A stretch of 64,000 nt of DNA from Amoebidium appalachense (Eukaryota; Protista; Ichthyosporea), in assembly GCA_963693365.1 (NCBI GenBank), contig CAVNZM010000002.1:6089943-6153942 (forward strand). The letters are read 5' to 3'. Shown here in pieces: positions 10,974 to 34,614 of the stretch (position 1 is the first letter of the stretch; every line of letters starts with the position of its first letter). The translations under genes were made by a program, and so were the position numbers. The notes below the pieces were generated by a model. That model saw only the letters and a program-made list of their open reading frames with translations, was not told the origin of the DNA and made no database searches.

Positions 10974-11654
10974 TTGTGTAAACTGATCTCTAATAAGCTT
11001 GTAACGGCGCAATACTTGTCTGATCATAAAGGCAGCAGTGGACGCAGGTAGCAACCATACATCTAAATACTTAGCTTGATTCATCAAGCACTATTTAGAG
11101 TGTATTCTAGGGCAATCATTGGTTGAAATAGTGTTTCTAACAATGATAGCCCATTGGGTGAGCTCCTTTGGTATATAAGGAGCGAACTCCGGATCCTACT
11201 AGTCGTTAGCTCATTTCCCAACGTCGCACCCACTTCACCCACCCACCCGCCCGACCTCTAGGGTTGCATCCCAACATTGCATTGCATACACAGCTTCCGA
11301 GCTTTATGCGCACGTCCCCACAACACAACACACACACATGCACACACACACACACATGCACACACATCATACACACAACACACGTACACATGTTCACTCA
11401 CACACCCGCACACACACACACACACACAAAACACGCATATACACGCACGTACACGCACACACGCATGCCCCCCTGCGCACGGGTGGTGGGGGAGGGAGTG
11501 AGGTTTTGGTAAGGATATGAGGACGAGGTTGTGGTAAGCCTGTAAAGTGGTGTGTGTAGCTATATGTAAGTGTTGTCGACGATCTCTGATCCCTGTGGGA
11601 TCACAGCCTGAACCGAGCTCATAAAGCAATCGAAAGCAACCATACATCTAAATA

Positions 11655-11755
11655 TCGTTTGATATATCTTGCTTTGCCCCTAAATATCCCGGGATATATC
11701 ATATATCGAATTGGCCTCTGAATATCAAAAGATATGCGGGATATTTTTGCAAGGG
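11655..11755. repeat. GATAT-repeat cluster ending TTTTTGCAAGGG; possible DNA-transposon terminus
   Basis: Multiple GATAT/ATATC motifs in both orientations, resembling subterminal repeats; no partner end found. Confidence 0.3.
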
Positions 11756-12103
11756 CCTGTGGTTGCACAACCTATTTGGAAACATGATTGGCTAGCTATT
11801 GGTCAACCAATCACAATTCCGCTAGGGTAAAACAAATTATCTCCATTATGATAGATCTGCTTCAAGCCAACAACAAAGAGATATGTAAAACGTTCCAACA
11901 TGAGAGCAGTCAGAAACGTCAGAAACGCAAGGACACACATATGTACGTGTCACACTGCGGCACACAAGTCTGTGAAAAAGGTAGAGAAAGAAACCTTCCC
12001 ACCTCTGAAACAAAACAACAGTGTTTTATTTCTCTGCTTGAAGGCTACCACCGCATTCGTGCTGCACACGTCCCATTTGTGTTTCCTTCTCATCCTCACG
12101 AAG

Positions 12104-12334
12104 ATGGTGTCCAGCGTGACCACCCAGCCCACCAGTGTAGACTTTGCTGAGAGCAAGGCGCCACCGCCCTACACGGAGGGCACACACACCAGCAATACCG
12201 TGCACGCTGCTGGGCCGCCAGCCAAAGGCTACAACAGCCAGGTGCAGTGCTGCAATTGCTGCATAGAGAACGCCTGCCTGACCTGTATAGCTGCGTCAAT
12301 AGCGGGCTGCCTATCCGTGTGCTGTCAGAACTAG
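12104..12334 (+). CDS. Small CYSTM-like cysteine-rich tail-anchored protein (76 aa)
   Basis: PPPY motif, polar N-terminus, C-terminal CCNCC...CLTCIAASIAGCLSVCC hydrophobic Cys-rich segment. Confidence 0.6.
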   Translation: MVSSVTTQPTSVDFAESKAPPPYTEGTHTSNTVHAAGPPAKGYNSQVQCCNCCIENACLTCIAASIAGCLSVCCQN

Positions 12335-13214
12335 CGGGGGCGAGTGCAGCCTTGTTTTCTTGAAGCATGCTCTTTTAAGGTTATTTATCATAGCTAGTGA
12401 TTTACGCATCAGTAATAGACTTGTAAAGGGTGTGCGAGGGGCTGGGGTTGAGCTTGGCCGCGCAGCGAAGCCTAGATCTGTACGAGTTCTATAGTGCCCC
12501 GCGTTTACGTCCTTACCCCGTTGTTCTCCCGTCATATTTTACGTTTTAACGCCTACACTGTTTGTTATTGGCCATCCTCTCGAGAGCTCAAGCACACGAG
12601 CTTTGGAGGCTTAATCGTGCACCCAGAAGCGCGAAAGATTGGCGGCTTCCTCCTGTCACAGCGTACTAATTCTCTGGAAATCACCCTTGCAAGGAACATG
12701 GCCACCGGCTGGCTCCTTCGAATGCAAATGTGCCAGGCACATTTTTGGGACTGAGGACTCCCACGTCGTGTTGTAATATTTGAGGACGGACACGGTGGTA
12801 CCGTGAGTCAAAAGGTATGAGATCCTTGTGTGCTTAGCGTCAGAATAGACTGTGCTTATCTTTTTAATTTGTATATTGTCTGCACGGTTTATCTACCGCA
12901 GCAATCATCAGGGGCAAAGTTACATGCACGTAAACCTTCGTGCACATTCGTGCTTCAGGTTTGAGGTTTTGGCTTACGTGTTACATGAAGAAAACCATTG
13001 CAGTAAACGGGTAAAACTAAGACTACTGACTGCATGTGGTCCTTAGGTGCTTCTATGTTTCTTGGACTACACCTACGTGTGGCTGCACCTGGCAGCCACA
13101 ACAACACATGCAGTGCCTATACAAGCGCTTATGTCTCTGTGCCTGTCTGCTGTGTCTGTCTGTGTGTGCCCCCATGGTTTCTGGTGTTTGCCACACAGCA
13201 GGCAGCTAGAGGGC

Positions 13215-24583
<11,369 letters not shown>

Positions 24584-25938
24584 GGTGGCGCCTGCGGAGG
24601 TGAAGGGAGTTGGGGGGTGGGGGGGGTGGAGTCAGCACCAGGAACGTGGGGGGGTGAGGGGCGGGGTGGTGGGGGGGGGGGCAAGACCTCGTGCGGTGCT
24701 TTTGTGTGCGTTTTTGTGTGTGTGTGTGTTTTGCGGGGGGGGGGGGGGGGGGGGGAGGGGGGGGGGGGGGGGGGGGGGAGGGGGAGGGGGGGAAGACAGA
24801 GGGGGAGGGGGGAGGGGGAGATGGGTGGGGGGGGGGGGGGGGGGGGGGGGGAGATGGTGTTTAACCTTGCTGGGTGTGCTTTTTTTTGTCACGGTTCGTG
24901 TGTGCCTCGCTAGTGGTTTTGACGGTTAGGCCATACCTCATAAACGGTCCCTTCAGTCCCCTTAAAAGTGTGTGATACTCCGCGGCCTCGGAGTCCTGAG
25001 CCTGGAGTCAAGGGCCAAGGCACAAAATGAGCCGCTTCGCATTGATCTGAATTGTTGAATTTACGTATAAACCTTCGCAATCCGACCGATCTGTTAAATA
25101 TTTAAAGTTTGCATAGAATCTTGATCGCATCTGGAAGTGGGGTTCTAGATGACTTGGATAAGACGATTGGTTCTTGGAACTCACGTAAATAACGCTTATC
25201 CAATAGAATTGCGATCTACGATCTAGATTGCTTAATTCAGTTTCTAAACTGCTCTACGCGAATCGAGCAGACTTTTAGGTATTTAGAGAACGGACTTGGT
25301 TCTCTAAATTCGCCGAGTATTTAGATATTTAGACCAAAGTGATCATGAAGCGACTCAATAAACTGACGGCGCGGTCCAATGGTAGCATTCAACCGCACAT
25401 TTCCCTTTTTGGGTAGAGGAACTGAGTCAGGGTGTGAAATTTGGCTGGTGGCATTTTTGCAACTTTTCTTCGGCTTGGATGTGTGCCCTATGTTTTTTTT
25501 ATTTTATTTTTTTGTTTTTTTTATTATTATTATTTTTTTTTTATCCCGTTTCACTCCCGGCCTCAGGGGAGCTTACCGTCTTCCGCCTAGACACAGATCG
25601 TACTGTATAGCATACTCATACTGAATCAGGATTCTAATTGACCCCAATTACTGGCACTATTTTTAGTTACGCCTCAGTATCCCACGGTTCTAGCCGCAGC
25701 AACGCTAGTGGGAAAGTGAGCACAGCTCTCTTTAACAACACCAGCCGGGAGCGACCCGGGACACATACACAAACATAAGACTTGAAAGGGAAGACCCCGT
25801 GCCCATTACGCTGATCCGAACCGTGGCCGGTGACTCGGATTGCAATTGGTCTCCCACTTGAACGTTGGGCCGGGATGCCCAAGCGGCGCGCCGTCGACGT
25901 CAGAGGGCCGGTGCTGTTCATGACCTCATGTCTTGCGG

Positions 25939-26422
25939 CCGGATAGCTTGACACGCAGAGATCTTACCATTGCACCAACCCGCCCCCATGTGTGCCCTAC
26001 GTATACGTAGTAGCTTAATATTAGAGCCACCAACGGTTTGGGGGTTATTTTTTCATGGTTTTGGCTGTATTAGCTAGCCCACTGGTTGAAAAGTTTTTGG
26101 GCCTACCCTCAAAAATTTAGGGACATTTTTCGAGGTTTCAGGGACAAATCCAGCAAATCTGTGGCCATATAAACCAAGGCCCGGATAGCTTGACACGCAG
26201 AGATCTTACCATTGCACCAACCCGCCCCCATGTGTGCCCTACGTATACGTAGTAGCTTAATATTAGAGCCACCAACGGTTTGGGGGTTATTTTTTCATGG
26301 TTTTGGCTGTATTAGCTAGCCCACTGGTTGAAAAGTTTTTGGGCCTACCCTCAAAAATTTAGGGACATTTTTCGAGGTTTCAGGGACAAATCCAGCAAAT
26401 CTGTGGCCATATAAACCAAGGC
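25939..26422. repeat. 242-bp tandem duplication
   Basis: CCGGATAGCTTGACACGC...AAACCAAGGC at 25939-26180 and again at 26181-26422. Confidence 0.92.
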
Positions 26423-26813
26423 CTCGTAGGTATTTGTAAGTACTCCAGGGGGGGACTGATACTGGGGGCCTTGCCATTTTAATACCCAGCCTGAGCTAGG
26501 TAGGGCACCGTATACGCAAACGTGGGGGTCGACTCGGTCTCTGAGTCAGCTCTAAAGAGTCAGAGACTGAGGCACACTGTGCGTGGTGTGCGTGTGCGTG
26601 TGCTTGCAACATGTGTGTGTATGAATCACATTGTGCAAGTGCACAAACAAAAATCATGATATGCAACCCCTCCCCCCCTTCCCCCCCCCCCCCCCCACAC
26701 ACACACACACACTGTTGGAATACGTCACCATGTATGACAGCAAGAGCCTTGAAGTATGTATGTGTCTTAGCTTGTTTGTATTCGTGTCTGCTTTCCTTCT
26801 TTGTGCTCTTTCT

Positions 26814-26857
<44 letters not shown>

Positions 26858-27603
26858 CCCTCCCCCCCCCCCCCCCCCCCCGTATCTCTCTCTCCCTTGT
26901 TTCTGTGAGCACAGATATCTGTAGATCTGTGCACACCTGGCTCTCTTGCCTGATAAGAACTTATTGTATTTTATTTCTGTTTGCTCTCCTCTGTTTATCT
27001 GAGAGGTAGCGTGATTGGCTAGCTACACTCGTTGTCTTTCCTTTATTTCAAAAATGGCTTAGTTTTGTTCTCAAAAGGATGGCTCGCCAATAGTCGCGAG
27101 AGCGAGTACATCTGTAGATCGTGTTGTGCATTCCTGTCTATTAATATATGTGTGTTGTGATTGGACAATAGATATATTTGGAATTCGGTTTATTGCAATG
27201 TGGCTTCACTTTGAGAGTGTCGACTATTAGGAAATATATATATTTAAATAAGTTTCGAGACGAACATAAATATCATATGTGAGTTAATAGTGACTAGATG
27301 TATAATTACTTAATTTATTTAAGTAAGAGTTTCTAAACTTTAGTTTAATCAGAAGTTGGAATGCGTATGCTCTGTCGGAATGTGTTTTTCTATCTTCTGA
27401 TAGAACCGATTGGTTCTCCCTCTTTAGTTGTGATAAGATGATAAGTCGCAAGTACAAAAGGAACCGAGAGCACAATGAAGAATCAGTTGTTGTTTGAATC
27501 TTTCAATGTCTCGTGAACAACTCCGATTGCCCTCTCATTAATGTGTTAGTCGTGTTTTACATGACACCTCTGTGCACTCTGCTCCCTTAGACCCGTACAA
27601 AAC

Positions 27604-27642
<39 letters not shown>

Positions 27643-28307
27643 TAAAAATAAAAATAAAAAAGAATGGAAAGTGTGCGTGCAGTAAAGGGAGGGGTGGGGA
27701 AGGGGGGGGGGGGGGGGGGGGGGGGAGGGGGGGGGGGGGGGGGGGGGGAAGGGGGGGGGGGGAGGGGGGGGGGGAGGGGGGGGTTACAGGGGGGGGAGGG
27801 GGGATGGGGTCAGTCGCACGATGTGCATCACTTGTGTGGTGTGTTTACGGTGTGGGTGTGTATGTGTGTGCGAGTCTGTGTGTGTGTGCACGTGCATGTG
27901 ACACTGTGTGTGTGTTATGGATGCAGGAGCCTGTGATGGCCGTGGTCAGGGTGGGGACCTCCCCGGCATGGGCCGGGCAGGCCCAGAGGTGGGTGGTGGT
28001 CTCAGGTTGCTGGCTGCACCGGGGGCATGTAGGCTGTGTAACGACCGTGGGGTGATCTCGGTGTAGCCGTGTCATGGTAGGCAGGGTGCCCATAGCCAGG
28101 GACAGGCTTCGAGTGTTGCCTCTGAAGGCCCCGATGGTTGCTTGTGCGGGCCCCTTGTTGAGCTTGAGGGGGTTCCGTTCGGCTGGGAGCAGTCTGGGGT
28201 CGGCTTGTATGGACATAGCCTTGGTCTTGCCGACCATGTCGGTGAGGAAGTCCTTGTTCAACCGGTTCATTGCCGGGGATACGGTGGCCTTGTAGTCGTA
28301 GGAAGTA

Positions 28308-28373
<66 letters not shown>

Positions 28374-31300
28374 GGCCGGAGGGGTGGGGGGGGGGGGGGG
28401 GGGGGGGGGGGGGGGCTCTTCCTGCATTGGCTGCCTTGTCGGCCTCGTTATTCCGTTGACCGTACCGTTTGGTGTAACAGTTGGATTGGTGCCCCTTCAC
28501 CCACGATACCTGTACGGAGCCTGGTTGCCGTAGGGAGAGTTGGTCTCGTACGTGAGCCCATTCCACTATGTGGGGGAACTTTAGCTTACGTCGAGGGGGT
28601 GTGGTGGGGTCCATGTTTGCCCCCCATCGGTCGACTACTCCGAGGTTATCGAGCTTGATGTGGATGGGGGTGGTGGTGGGGGTGAGCAGGAGGGCTAGTA
28701 GTACCCCTGTGAGTTCGGCTTGGGTGGATGATAGGGCCGTATGGAGCCTGGTCTTGGCCGTCACTGGTGGTGCTTTCCGGTCCGGGGTGTCCAGCACAGC
28801 CCCGGCTCCGGCCTGGGCTATCCTCCTGCCCGGGTGGGTGAGGCTGCCGTCCGTATACACGGTGATCGGTTGGTCTGGGGGGAGCAGGGTGATTTGCTGC
28901 TGCCACTCGTCATAGGTGGCCTCGGGCACCAAGTCGGTGTAGGTGAGCCTACGGGGAGTGGGTGGGCTCGGCAGGTCAACCGGGTGGGCCGTGCACTTGT
29001 GTCCTGGTGGTGACCCTACCGGTGGTGGCTGCTGGGGGGGGGGGGTGGGCCGGGGAGGTCCCCCGGCAAGGGTGTGGCCTCCTCGTTGGCTTGCAGGTGG
29101 AGCATCTGGGGTGATGACTGTTGGTGGGGGGGAAGATGCTGCCGAAAATGGTGTATCTTCCTCCACTGCTCGGCCGGATCGGAGCCATCCTTCAGTGCGA
29201 TGACTTGGTAGATGTCGATGCTGTCGGTGTTGATGAAGTCCTTGTGGTACTTCGGTACTACCGTGTGGGTGGTGATTCGGGTCTTGAAGGCCACGTAGGG
29301 GTCTGCCCGTATCACCTCCACAGCACGGGTCCACCCCACACACTGCTTGTTGTGGGTGTGGTTGTCGGCTGGGGGCTCAGGGGGCTCGTATTTGCTGTTG
29401 GTGCTGTCAGTGCTAGAGTCCTCTGAGTCGTCGGAGTCGTCGCTGGGCCCCGTCGACTCCGATTCTGGCTCTGTGTCTGACCCTTCCCCCTCTCCGTCTG
29501 CGTACCCGGGGCTGGGGGAGAGGGTGGCCGGGGTGTAGGCCAGGTTCCATGGGGAGTGGCCGTATTTGCAGTCACCGGGGCAAAAGCGGAAATGGGCTGT
29601 TCCGTGTGGTTCGTTTCACGTGGGTCGGTGCCATCTCAGACCCTCCTCCTCTGTGTTGTCCCGTAGATGGGCTATTTTGACCCAAGCCTCCCCGTTGTGG
29701 GTGGTGTGGGCCACCACCTGGCTGAGTTCATATTGCCCGTTCTTGACTATTTCCACCACCAATGCACCTACTGGGTGGTTTGCCACGAGGTCAATGGTGT
29801 GGTGTGTCTGTGGTCTGGGTGCTGGCCGTAGTTGGGCTGCGATGGGGGTGGCCCCCTTGATGATGGACCTGTACCACTGTGTAGCTCCCGGGTGTAGTAG
29901 GTCTGGGGGGTGGGGCAGTTCGGGGAACGCCCGGAACACCCCCGGCCGTACCATGGTGTCCCCCACCGTGTAGAGTTGACGGGGGGGGGGGGTGTGGGGG
30001 CCGCTGTGGGTAGCAAAGGTGTGGTCCAGGAAAGCGGTGTTGATAGGGGTGCTGGTTGTTCAAGTTGTTGCTGCTTCCCCTCCTTCTCCTTGGGGGGGGG
30101 GGGGGGGGGGGGGACTTGTGTTTTTTGGGGGGGTTTCCCCAATACTCAGGTGCCGCTCGTGAAGGATCCCCGTGATATGGGCCCAATAGTTGTGGAGCTG
30201 CTTTCCCCCTAGCCTGTAAAGTTTGGCTGGGGGTGCTTGCAGGGGAGGGTAGGGTAGGCCTGTCACGTGTTGCTGCTGCCAGGCTCGGTACCAGACCACG
30301 TCCCCTGCTGGTCCTGGTGTTTCCAGCAGGGCACACAGCTCCGTAACCATGGTGCTGGCTGCTGATTCGACGATGCTGGCCAGTCCCCCTAGAGTGGGAT
30401 GGTGTAGCAGCCCGGACGGGGTGCTCCGGTGGAAACCACACTTCCGACGGAGGAGGTCTCTCCACTTGCTGTCGGTTACCTGCATGGTGGTGTTGCTGAT
30501 GACTGACCCTTTGAGGAGGAAGAGGATGGCCGGGGGCACCACACTGTTGGCCACGTAGATCACTTGGCTGGGTGCCAGCATTTTACGGGCTAGTATGGTG
30601 GTGGCCCGTAATGTCAGCTGCATGGCCTTCCCGTCGTTGGGCCCGGGCCGGGTGTGTCGTTGGAGGGTGATGTTGACCCATAGCACTCTGATGTGCGCAT
30701 CGGGGGGCTCGATCTGAATGGGTAGGGGTGGTGCTCCCGGGGATTTGCGGTATTGCAGGGGGGCCACTGTTGCCCGTGTTGGGGTACCACGGGCGAGGAC
30801 TGAAAACTTGTCTGGGTGTGGTTCCAAGTCATGGTATTAAAAAATGGGGCAGATATGCCGAGAGTTCAAGTTTGCTGCATGCTCTCCTTGTTGGGGCGAA
30901 ACCATGTTGTGTCGTCGGCGAAGGCTACAGACATCACACACGGGGGTGTTTGTCAGTTTGTGCCGGTGTGTGGTGCTGTGTCTGTGGGGGTAGGTGGAAA
31001 GTGTACCCCTTGCCGTGCCTTTTGATGGCTGTCAAAACTGGATCGTAGAAAATAATCCACAGAATGGGGGAGAGGACAGCCCCTTGGGCCAGGCCGTTTT
31101 CAACAGGGAAAGACTCAGTGTGCCCCTGGTCTGTGTACACCGTGGCCGTACGATTGTGCCACATGTGCCGGAGGAGAGTGATTAGCTGGGGGTCGGTGCC
31201 CAGGCGGGTGAGCCCCAGTTCCACCGAGGGCCAAGACACCGTGTCATATGCCCTCTTAATGTCCTGTTGGACGATCCATAGTTCCTGGTCGTGGTCTATG

Positions 31301-32149
31301 GCATCATCTATCGTCTCTCGGATGATAGCCAGCGCCCCGTCGATACCCGGGCCCGGCACGAACCCGAAATTCCCCCCCGGAGGGTGGGGTGCTGCTGGAA
31401 GATCGAGAGTAGGCGCTGGTTGATGACCGATTCTAGCAGCTTCCATGCCGTTTCCAAGAGTGCGCATGCTATCGGTCGGGTTTTGTCGAAGTCACCTTCC
31501 CATTCCCCTTTCGGTAGGGGATAGATGGTGTGGTGCAGCCATGACCTCGGTGTGGTCCCCATGGCCAGGCATCCGTTGATGATATGTAGGAGCCATGCTT
31601 GCCCCTTTGGCCCCAGGTGTTGGAAGTATTCGTACTGGATTTCCGTTGGGCCGGGGGCCTTCCCCCCCTGTCGGCTCTGGACGATCTGTTGAAGCTCGTC
31701 GTGGGTGGCCGGGACCTGCATTATAGACCCTAATGGGGAGTCTTCGGGGGGGGGTCGGTCGATAGATGTCGGCCCACATTGGGTCGGCATTGGTTAGGCG
31801 AGCATCTCCTCGATGTGTGGGTTCCTGCGGGCCGTCCACCGGTGATAAGTTTCACGAATGACGGGCTCCGTGTCAGCCCACTCCGTGAGGTACTCAGTGC
31901 CCGTTGGGGTGACGTGCTTGAAGTAACGTAGCCGAGACATTCACACTCCCCCGGTCTAAAATGCTGCTCAGTGCACGCCGGAGCTCGTCCACCATACGCT
32001 TGCACCGTGCTTCTGCTGCTGCTGTTTCCCGTAGCTAAAGGAGTTTTTGCCGTTTCCTTCGGAGTTGGGACCTGTATAGTTGTAGTTGCTCCCGCATAGT
32101 TGCCTCCCACTCCTCCCACTGCCTCCCTGTCTGAGACAGGTGGGCTGCT

Positions 32150-33663
32150 GGGGGGGTGGGGTGCTGCTGCAGGGTGGGTGACCCGTGCCGTGCCTGCTGG
32201 ACAGGGCTGCACTCTGCTGCTGTGGGCCGCTGCGGCTGCTGTAACTGTTTCAGCGGGTGGCCCTGGCAGGGTCTGCAGGCTGGGTGGCTCCTGCTTTGGC
32301 TGCCGGTTTGGGCTGCCTGCTGGGGCTGCAGCCTGAGGCTGCTGCTGCTGCCAGTGGCTTGGTGGCTCCTGTTGGTACTGTCGGCTGGGTGGCCCGTGCT
32401 GGGCCGGCCGGCCGGGCCTGCAAACTGCTGCTGCAGGCAGCTGCTGCAGTGTGGGTGGGTCGGTTGCTGCTGGTTGGGTGGCCCTGGCAGGGCCTGCAGG
32501 CTGGGTGGCCCCTGCTGTGGCTGCTGGTGTGGGCTGCCTTCGGGGGCTGCAGCCTGAGGCTGCTGCTGCTGGCTTGGTGGCTCCTGTTGCTGCTGTCTGC
32601 TGGGTGGCCCGTTGTCCGTGCTGGGCCGGCCGGCCGGGGCTGCAATCAGCTGCTGCAGGCAACTGCTGCAGTGTGGGTGTGGTCGGTTGCTGCTGGCTGG
32701 GTGGCCCCTGCTGTGGCTGCCGGTGTTGGCTGCCTGCTGGGGCTGCAGCCTAAGGCTGCTGCTGCTGGCTTGGTGGCTCCTGTTCGTGCTGTCGGCTGGG
32801 TGGCCCGTGCTGGGCCTGCCGGCCGGGGCTGCAATCTGCTGCCGCAGGTAGCTGCTGCAGTGTGGGAGTGGTCGGTTGCTGCTGGCTGGGTGGCCCTGGC
32901 GGGGCCTGCAGGCTGGGTGGCCCCTGCTGTGGCTGCCGGTGTGGGCTGCCTGCTGGGGCTGCAGCCTGTGGCTGCTGCTGCTGGCTTGGTGGCTCCTGTT
33001 TGTGCTGTCGGCTGGGTGGCCCGTGCTGGGCCGGCCGGCCGGGGCTACAATCTGCTGCTGCAGGCAGCCGCTGCAGTGTGGGTGTGGTCGGTTGCTGCTG
33101 ACTGGGTGACCCTGGCAGGGCCTGCAGGCTGGGTGGCCCCCGCTGTGGCTGCCGGTGTGGGGTGCCTGCTGGGGCTGCAGCCTGAGGCTGCTGCTGCTGG
33201 CTGGGCGGCTCCTGTTGGTGCTGTCGGCTGGGTGGCCCGTGCTGGGCCGGCCGGCCGGAGCTGCACGCCGCTGCTGCAGGCGGCTGCTGCAGTGTGGGTG
33301 TGGTCGGTTGTTGCTGGCTGGGTGGCCCTTGCAGGGCCTGCAGGCTGGGTGGCCCCTGCTGTGGCTGCCGTTGTGGGCTGCCTGCTGGGACTGCAGCCTG
33401 AGGCTGCTGCTGCTGGCTGGGCGGCTCCTGTTGGTGCTGTCGGCTGGGTGGCCCGTGCTGGGCCGGCCGGCCGGAGCTGCACGCCGCTGCTGCAGGCGGC
33501 TGCTGCAGTGTGGGGAGTGGTCGGTTGCTGCTGGCTGGGTGGCCCTGGCGGGGCCTGCAGGCTGGGTGGCCCCTGCTGTGGCTGCCGGTGTGGGCTGCCT
33601 GCTGGGGCTGCAGCCTGCGGCTGTTGCTGCTGGCTTGGTGGCTCCTGTTTGTGCTGTCGGCTG
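32150..33663. repeat. GC-rich 216-bp tandem repeat (about 7 units), continuing at 39017-39066
   Basis: TGGCCCGTGCTGGG recurs at 32801, 33017, 33233 and 33449 (period 216 nt = 72 codons). Confidence 0.92.
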
Positions 33664-34428
33664 GTTGGACATTGTGTTCATAGAAGCTAGTTCTAGTGCA
33701 CGTTGTTCCTTCTGTAAGTCAGAAATGATTGCATCTTGTGAGGCCAACCTCTGCTCCAGTAGTTGGACTAGTTGCTGCAACTGTAAGTTGTCAGACATAG
33801 TGTCGTGTATGATGGGTAACTAGTCTATGTGTTTTGTGCACTGGAAACGACAGTAGAAAAGTGTAAATCAAACGTTCTGCTTCCCATGTTTGTGACATGG
33901 GAGGCACTGCTTTATATAGTCGTTGGCCACCTCATGGTGGCCTCGTGTGCACCCTGGTGGTGGGCCATGTACAGCATGGCCGAAAAGAGAGCACAATGAA
34001 AACAAGTCGTTAAAGATATAAAAGTTAACTGTGCACGTTGAGTGGCTAGTTAACTTGCACTAAAGCACACAAATAAACGTGTTTAACACACCAATTGCAG
34101 TTAAACGTAAATCTTGCTTCACACAACTAAAAAATATTCTGAGAATATCCGGGAATAAAGCACACTACCACTCTAAGAATAGAATCCTGTGGCAAATATA
34201 GACATGACATCATCTGAACCGGGAATATTAATTAATGAGCACAATTAGCACGTTGCTAGTGAAGCTCGTCATTGGTACAGTTTTGGCTCAAACATATAAC
34301 TACCATATATGAATATGACCGTAAACAAAAGCTCTATGCACTCGAGTGAGTGTTGAAACAGTTATTCAATTGCTCAGAAACTTTCTCTAACAGACATTGC
34401 TAGCCGGGAGTACCAGTGTACTCCAACA
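33664..34428 (-). repeat. 3' terminal LTR-like segment of the copia element
   Basis: Begins TGTTGGAG right after the PPT TTGAGTAGGGG (34429-34439); contains TATATAAA (~33918) and ends TCCAAC at the target junction; not repeated at the 5' end. Confidence 0.55.
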
Positions 34429-34614
34429 CCCCTACTCAATTGGATAATTGTGGTATGAATTAATGCAACTGAGCTCGAGTGCTTCAGGTGCACAAAATAC
34501 AGACAATAAAGATTCCCCTACTCAATTTTAGTATGGTACACATAGTTGCACAGTCGGATGCAACTCTCTCCCCCCCCCTGAAGTATGAGGGCGCAGTTGG
34601 TTGATGACGGGTGC

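Larger units (their letters stand above)
8567..11654 (+). mobile_element. Tyrosine-recombinase element (DIRS/Ngaro/PAT-like split direct repeats) lacking RT/RNase H
   Basis: Repeat A at 8567-8732 and 11066-11237; repeat B (20 bp) at 11050-11069 and 11635-11654; AATA shared at both ends and at the internal B/A junction; gag-like ORF plus YR ORF. Confidence 0.8.

Noticed and set aside
11575-11640. Hammerhead ribozyme at the right end of the YR element
   Set aside because: CTGA and GAAA are present, but there is no CUGANGA core or consistent stems.
27466-27479. 14-mer GAGAGCACAATGAA shared with ~33987 as a LINE TSD
   Set aside because: The second copy lies within the inferred copia insert and the LINE repeat continues at 39017; more likely a shared motif or chance.
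32150-33663. Tandem array as a CRISPR-like repeat-spacer locus
   Set aside because: Units are homologous along their whole length with no unique spacers, and no cas genes are present.
34351-34428. 78-bp TGTTG...CAACA segment as the complete 3' LTR
   Set aside because: No 5' counterpart and no TSD (CCACC vs CTCAC); target collinearity places the boundary at 33664.
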